From: a virus | Lineage: Duplodnaviria; Caudoviricetes | Length of the DNA: 36,568 nt | Direction: 5' to 3' (one strand) | IMG/VR virus record: IMGVR_UViG_3300037761_000265 | Location: 1 to 36,568 of that record | Part shown: piece by piece, positions 31,826 to 36,568 of the stretch | Layout: every line of letters starts with the position of its first letter | Numbering within the stretch: position 1 is the first letter of the stretch | Position numbers and translations under genes: made by a program | The notes under the pieces: generated by a model | Seen by the model: the letters and a program-made list of their open reading frames with translations, nothing else | What the model was told of the DNA's origin: nothing | The model's database searches: none

Positions 31826-34407
31826 CTCCTGTCCGACATTGTATGGATTACCCATTGTTTGACCTTGTTTGCGTCTGTGCCTGCCGGGCGGACGGTCATC
31901 CCGCCGGCCCATCGGCCTTCCCGGTTGCGAAGCCACCAGGTGAGCGAGCGGGCGATGCCGACGAGGTGGCCGTTGTGCCCGGCCGCCTTGGCTGCGAGGT
32001 CACCGGGTAGCGAGTCGGCGGGGATGAGTCCGGGGGCGATGAGGCTGCCCGTGTCGACGTCGGCCAGGAGTTCTCGGGCGCTCCAGCTGCGGGTTCCGTA
32101 GGCGCGGTGAATGGCGGCCAGGAATGTTTCCCATTCGTCGTCTTCGTTGCTGAGTGTGACCTGGGTGCTGTGGTGGTCGAATTCGCCGCCGAGCCCGGCG
32201 TGGGTGAGGATTCCCCCGATGGTGCGTACCCATCGGGCGTATCCGTCGCTGGTTCTTTCTGGGGCGAGCGGCATGCCTGCGAGCACCCATGAGCGGATGA
32301 TGACGAGTAGTGCGTGGAGCAGGTGTCCGCGGTGTTGTTTGACCCATCCTTCGAGGTCGGGTATGTCGAATCCGGTGCGCAGTTCGGGGTTTGGCATGGC
32401 GGGGTCGATGACGGTGCGTAGGGTGCGGCGTGGCATGTCGCCGCCGATGGCCAGGTTGTTGCCGGTGACGGTCCACAGGCGGTCGTTGAGGCATGCCGTC
32501 CAGGCGGTGGAGCCGAGCGGCCGGTCGTCCCATCGGGCGGAGGTGAGCAGGCCGGCGATGGTGGAGGACTTGAGGGTGCCGGTGATGTTGTCCAGGACGA
32601 CGATGGGCCCAGTGGTGACGGACAGGATGGAGGTGATCTGTTTGCGCAGTTCGGCGTCTTCGTCGGGGACTTCGGCGCGGAACACGCCGCCGTGGATCCA
32701 GCGGGACAGGTTGGCCAGTAGCGTCTTGCCGGAGCTGGGCTGGTGGGCTTCGATGGCGTGCAGCTTGTACGGGGGTGGCGCGACGTCCCGCAGGAGCGGG
32801 GTGAGCAGGGCGCCGAGGTGGTTGGCGCGGTGGTGTTCGGACAGGAACGGGAAGCCGGCGACCATCGCCTGGAGCAGGCCCAGGGCGGTGGCGACCTGGC
32901 CGGGGTCGGGCCGCTCAGGTACGGGGGGGACGATCAGGCCGGGTTCGGGTAGGTGTAGCAGCCCGGTGGCCGGGTCGTATCCGGGGTCGGTGAGCAGGGT
33001 GCCGTCGGCGCGGGGCACGGGGGAGTGGATGACGCCACGCAGGGTGCGCAGGTGGGGCAGCAGGTCGGGTACTTCGATGGCGGTGCGGGCGGCCGAGCTG
33101 GGGAACAGGGCGGGGATCGGTTCCCAGTCCTCACCGCGTTTGACCATGCGGTAGCAGCCGTAGGTGTAGGTGATGCGGGCGGCGAGGGTGGCCTCCCGGA
33201 TGGGCCGGACCTGGGCGGGTCCGTCCGTGTCGCCGGCGCCGGGGGTGAGCGGGATGTAGCCGTCTTCACCTTCGCGGGGGGTGTGCACGGCGGCTTCGCG
33301 GCGTAGGAACATGCCGGACAGGCGGCCGCGGCCGGCTTCGTGGCGTAGCCATTGGGCGGCGGTGGCGGGGTTGGTGACGTCCAGCTCGGCCTTCCACGGC
33401 GCCGGCTGCCCGGCGGCGCCAGCCGCCGGGCCAGCCGCTCGCCAGCCAGGTACGAGTGCCTCGAGGTCGGCGACCTGCGCCGCGCCGCGGTCAACCGGCT
33501 CTGTCCAGGGGCGGGGGGTTTTGGCACCGTCCTCGAGGGCCCGCTGCAGGCTCATGTGCACGCCGGCGCGGGACGCGTCGTCACGCCACGTCCAGGTGGC
33601 CAGCGCGGCCTCCAGGGCGCTACGGGCCGTCTCGAAGGGGATCTGGGCGGCGCCGACGTACTGGCCGACGAGGAACCCGATGCGGGTGGCCTCGTTGTTG
33701 CCGGAACCTTCCGGGGCCCGGGCGAGCTCGCCGGCGAGCTGGTCGACGCGGGCACGCACATGGTCACCGCCGGCGGCGGGGGCGGCGTGCGCCGGGGGAG
33801 GGGCGGGCGCTGGCCGGGCGGCGTTGACCAGTTCGGCCAGCGCGGTGCCAGTGTCGTCGGCTTCGAGCTCGGACAGGTCGGGTTCTTCCAGCCACCGGTA
33901 CGGCCCCAGATGCCCGGTGACCTTGGAGCGTTTGCGGGTGGGGGCGATGAACGCGAACCCGCGGCCGCTCCCGTCGGGGCGCCCACCTTTCACGTCCAGG
34001 CCGGGCGCGACCGCGTCGCGGGAGCCTGCGTGCAGTGGGGCGATCAGGTCGTGAGTGCCACCGGACGGGGTGGCGGCCCGGCCGTGGGAGCGGGGCCAGG
34101 CGCCGGCGGCCTTCAACGCCGCCGCGCTGCTCGCTCCGCCGTTGCGCGGGTCGACGTCGAGCAGGTCGCAGACGTGGCCCATGACGGCGCACAAGGCCCA
34201 GCCGGGGCGCCACCGGTTGACCACGTCAGGAGTGGGGGTGCTCGTCTCCCACCTGGCCGGCAGGTGGTACCCGGTGTTGCAGGCGTGGGACCGGTGTTTG
34301 TCTGCGGGGCAGTCGCATGGTGGGGCGACGAACAGCGGCACGCCGGCGGTGACCAGTGTCCGAGCGACGCCCAGCGCGTTGACGTCCACAGCGGCCAGCT
34401 CAGTCAC
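31816..34407 (-). CDS. Bifunctional primase-polymerase fused to P-loop helicase
   Basis: LLDVDPRNGG, ATPSGGTH, FIAPT; C-terminal PSSGKT, VVLDNI, TGNN. Confidence 0.9.
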   Translation of the reverse strand: MTELAAVDVNALGVARTLVTAGVPLFVAPPCDCPADKHRSHACNTGYHLPARWETSTPTPDVVNRWRPGWALCAVMGHVCDLLDVDPRNGGASSAAALKAAGAWPRSHGRAATPSGGTHDLIAPLHAGSRDAVAPGLDVKGGRPDGSGRGFAFIAPTRKRSKVTGHLGPYRWLEEPDLSELEADDTGTALAELVNAARPAPAPPPAHAAPAAGGDHVRARVDQLAGELARAPEGSGNNEATRIGFLVGQYVGAAQIPFETARSALEAALATWTWRDDASRAGVHMSLQRALEDGAKTPRPWTEPVDRGAAQVADLEALVPGWRAAGPAAGAAGQPAPWKAELDVTNPATAAQWLRHEAGRGRLSGMFLRREAAVHTPREGEDGYIPLTPGAGDTDGPAQVRPIREATLAARITYTYGCYRMVKRGEDWEPIPALFPSSAARTAIEVPDLLPHLRTLRGVIHSPVPRADGTLLTDPGYDPATGLLHLPEPGLIVPPVPERPDPGQVATALGLLQAMVAGFPFLSEHHRANHLGALLTPLLRDVAPPPYKLHAIEAHQPSSGKTLLANLSRWIHGGVFRAEVPDEDAELRKQITSILSVTTGPIVVLDNITGTLKSSTIAGLLTSARWDDRPLGSTAWTACLNDRLWTVTGNNLAIGGDMPRRTLRTVIDPAMPNPELRTGFDIPDLEGWVKQHRGHLLHALLVIIRSWVLAGMPLAPERTSDGYARWVRTIGGILTHAGLGGEFDHHSTQVTLSNEDDEWETFLAAIHRAYGTRSWSARELLADVDTGSLIAPGLIPADSLPGDLAAKAAGHNGHLVGIARSLTWWLRNREGRWAGGMTVRPAGTDANKVKQWVIHTMSDRSRP

Positions 34408-34493
34408 GATCGCCGCCTCCCGTCTGGAGTTGTGGTGTGGGATCAGCCCCCGGCCCCGGGGAAGTGGGGTCGGGGGCTGACGTCCGTGGATGG

Positions 34494-35183
34494 CTAGAAG
34501 GGTGGTTCGGGGGTGAACGCGCCGGCCGGGGCGGCCATGGCGGCGAGGATGGCCTGCCGCTGCGCATCGGGCAGGCTGCCCCAGACGGCCGGGTCGACAC
34601 CGGGTGGCGGGCCGGCCTGCGCGGCGGGTGGTGTGGCTGCGGCGGCGGCGAGCAGTCCACCTGTGGTCGGCGGCGATGTAGCGGGCGCTGGCGCAACCGG
34701 TGCAGACTGGGCGACCGGGGCGGCGGGCTGGCCGTTGCCGCCGGCGAGCAGGTTGCCCGGGTCGAGGGCGGGCGCCGCGTAGTCGGCGGCGTACACCTTC
34801 GGGTCGCCTTCACCCTTCCCGAGCCCGGAGATCCACTTGACGGCGATGCGGCCGCCGATGGCCAGGCCCTTGGCGCCGGCCCGCTGGACGGCCTCCCGCA
34901 CCGGGGTCATCATCCGGGGTGGGATGAACAGCCGGCGGCGCCCGTCGTCGTCGGCGAGCGCCGGGTCGCGCACGTCGGTGGCGATGGTGACCACGATCTG
35001 CATCTTCGGATCGCCACTGGGCCAGTAGTCCAGTTCACCGGTGGTCGACTGGTATTTCGTCATCTGGGTGGCCTTCGGCTGGTCGGCGATGGTGCCGATC
35101 CAGGTGTCGCCCAACGTTTCGAACTTGCAGGATTTGACGCCTCCGCTCATAAGCAGCTCGTTGGCGTCCTGTGGCTGGGTCAT
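34494..35183 (-). CDS. Single-stranded DNA-binding-like protein
   Basis: KFETLGD..GTI, WPSGDPKMQIVVT, DDDGRRRLF, PKVYAA; Ala/Pro tail ending EPPF; GAAAGGA RBS. Confidence 0.7.
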   Translation of the reverse strand: MTQPQDANELLMSGGVKSCKFETLGDTWIGTIADQPKATQMTKYQSTTGELDYWPSGDPKMQIVVTIATDVRDPALADDDGRRRLFIPPRMMTPVREAVQRAGAKGLAIGGRIAVKWISGLGKGEGDPKVYAADYAAPALDPGNLLAGGNGQPAAPVAQSAPVAPAPATSPPTTGGLLAAAAATPPAAQAGPPPGVDPAVWGSLPDAQRQAILAAMAAPAGAFTPEPPF

Positions 35184-35185
35184 GA

Positions 35186-35616
35186 CTATCCTTTCTGGTT
35201 GGTGTAGCGGGTGATCGCGGCGTCGAGCTGGTCGACGGGTATGCGGCCGGGCCGGTAGTCCTTGGCATACCCGCGGGGTGCGGTGGTGATCAGCCCGTCG
35301 GCGTTCAGAAGTAGTCGAACTTGTCGATGCTGCTGCCGGCACCACGGTTCGTCAGGATGCTGCCGATGGTGTTGGTGGACGTGCCGACCAGGATGCGGAT
35401 CCAGTAGCCGCCGTTCCGGCTTTTGCCCACTGCGCTGGGAGGCTGGCCAAATGCGGCCAGCGTGAACCGCGCCTCAATGTCGGCGAACTGGATTTCGGGT
35501 GGCGGTGCGGGTTTGGGCATGGGAAGTCCTTTCTTGAGTTGTGCTCTGGTGTGCCGGTCGATGTCGCCGGGTGTGATCTGTGGTCGGCCGCCGCCGGCTG
35601 GACGGTAGGTGCTCAT
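35186..35616 (-). pseudogene. Hypothetical gene apparently split by a 1-nt frameshift near 35308
   Basis: ORF stops at KFDYF* (35305) while the -1 frame continues LNADGLITTAPRGYAKDY...QKG* to 35186. Confidence 0.5.
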
Positions 35617-36494
35617 GCGATCAGCCCTCGGGTCTGTTTGTCCTGTTTGGTTTGCAGGTTGCCAGGGCAGCCCGAACCGTCCGCAGGCCCGCCCGGGCGG
35701 CGGAACGGGCACCAGTCGCAAGCCTCGCCGGGTGCGGCGGGCACGGCGGCCCACAGGGCCGGGTTGGCGGCCAGGTTGAGCCCACCCGGGCCGATCAGGT
35801 CCTGGGTGGCGTAGTACCGATCCAACGCCCAGATCGCCAGCTCCGGGTTGTACGCCTCTGTCCATTCACGGGACTGGTCGTAGTCGTGGCTGCGGGACAG
35901 GAGTACGAGCCTGACCCACTTGACTGGGCGGCCGGCGCGCTGATGCCCGTAGCCGTACAGGTGGCCCTGCACCCGGTAGTCCTGGCTGACCAGCTGGGCG
36001 TTGGGCACCGTGACCCGGGCCAGTTTGCGCAGGGCGGTGGTGCCGACGTACTTCCAGTCGACCACCATTTCCCAGTCCTGGTCGTAGGCGTCGCCGGCGC
36101 CGGTGATCTCCGCGTCGACCTGCAGCCGCTGCTCCACGACCCAGCGGGCCCGGCCGAGTTGCTGGTTGTGCCACTCCAACGCGTCGGCCATCAGCACGTG
36201 CATGGCGGTGCCCTGCATGGGCGCCCACGGGGGGCGCTGGTCGGGCAGCTGGCGGGGGAGGTTGGCCAGTTTCATGGCCAGCTGCCGTTGGCAGGGGGTG
36301 CCGAGCTCGGACGGGCCCAGCGCGGTCTGCTGGCTGCGGGGGCGTGCGGCGTCGAGGCTGGTGAGCACCCCGCGCATTTCTTCCACGGTGGATGGTGGCG
36401 GGGTGGGTGGGGGGGGCTGGCTGCGGTAGGCGGCGGGTGGGCCGGCGATGGACACGCCGCCGTCGGACGTGCCGAGCAGGCTGAGGCTGGTCAT
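35613..36494 (-). CDS. Cas4-like PD-(D/E)xK exonuclease
   Basis: GPSELGTPC, GTAMH, GAGD, VVDWK, QGHLYG, CDWCPF...C. Confidence 0.88.
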   Translation of the reverse strand: MTSLSLLGTSDGGVSIAGPPAAYRSQPPPPTPPPSTVEEMRGVLTSLDAARPRSQQTALGPSELGTPCQRQLAMKLANLPRQLPDQRPPWAPMQGTAMHVLMADALEWHNQQLGRARWVVEQRLQVDAEITGAGDAYDQDWEMVVDWKYVGTTALRKLARVTVPNAQLVSQDYRVQGHLYGYGHQRAGRPVKWVRLVLLSRSHDYDQSREWTEAYNPELAIWALDRYYATQDLIGPGGLNLAANPALWAAVPAAPGEACDWCPFRRPGGPADGSGCPGNLQTKQDKQTRGLIA

Positions 36495-36568
36495 CGGGGG
36501 GGCCTGCCCCGCCAGCCATGCCCGCCGAACAGCCGCGCCACCGACTGTGCCCGCGCCACGTCGGCGTC
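36192..36568. repeat. Right copy of terminal direct repeat
   Basis: Aligns to 1-368; last 127 bp identical. Confidence 0.95.

Noticed and set aside
31652-32101. ORFs on both strands sharing MIIRKPGNLGNL
   Set aside because: The shared peptide is a by-product of the inverted repeat
1-36568. tRNA, rRNA, partition genes or host flanking genes
   Set aside because: None recognised; intergenic space is minimal and all modules are phage-like

Overview
The window is an apparently complete, circularly assembled genome of a high-GC temperate siphovirus of an actinobacterial host. The unit length is about 36.2 kb: positions 242-368 are repeated exactly at 36442-36568, and 1-241 is a diverged copy of 36192-36441. 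Almost all genes are on the minus strand. In transcription order they run: Cro-like gene (7710), a chain of small early genes joined mostly by 4-bp start/stop overlaps, DUF1643, WhiB-like, clamp-like protein, RecD/Dda-like helicase and HAD phosphatase. Across the contig junction they continue with a Cas4-like exonuclease, SSB-like protein, primase-polymerase/helicase, a 43-bp inverted-repeat origin candidate, HNH, probable cos region, TerS, TerL, Clp-type protease, HK97-fold capsid, head-tail and tail genes, tape measure, minor tails, DUF1906 endolysin and holin-like genes. Only five convincing genes lie on the plus strand: repressor, tyrosine integrase, a secreted metzincin protease, a small membrane protein between tail chaperone and tape measure, and the portal gene, which is intact but inverted within the head operon. 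Other notable signals are a perfect 13-bp inverted repeat in the repressor tail (attP candidate), an RHH gene with three palindromic operators beside the protease, and competing RNA hairpins over the RBS downstream of the capsid gene. All calls come from motif recognition and gene order read by eye. No database search was run, and several start codons are estimates.
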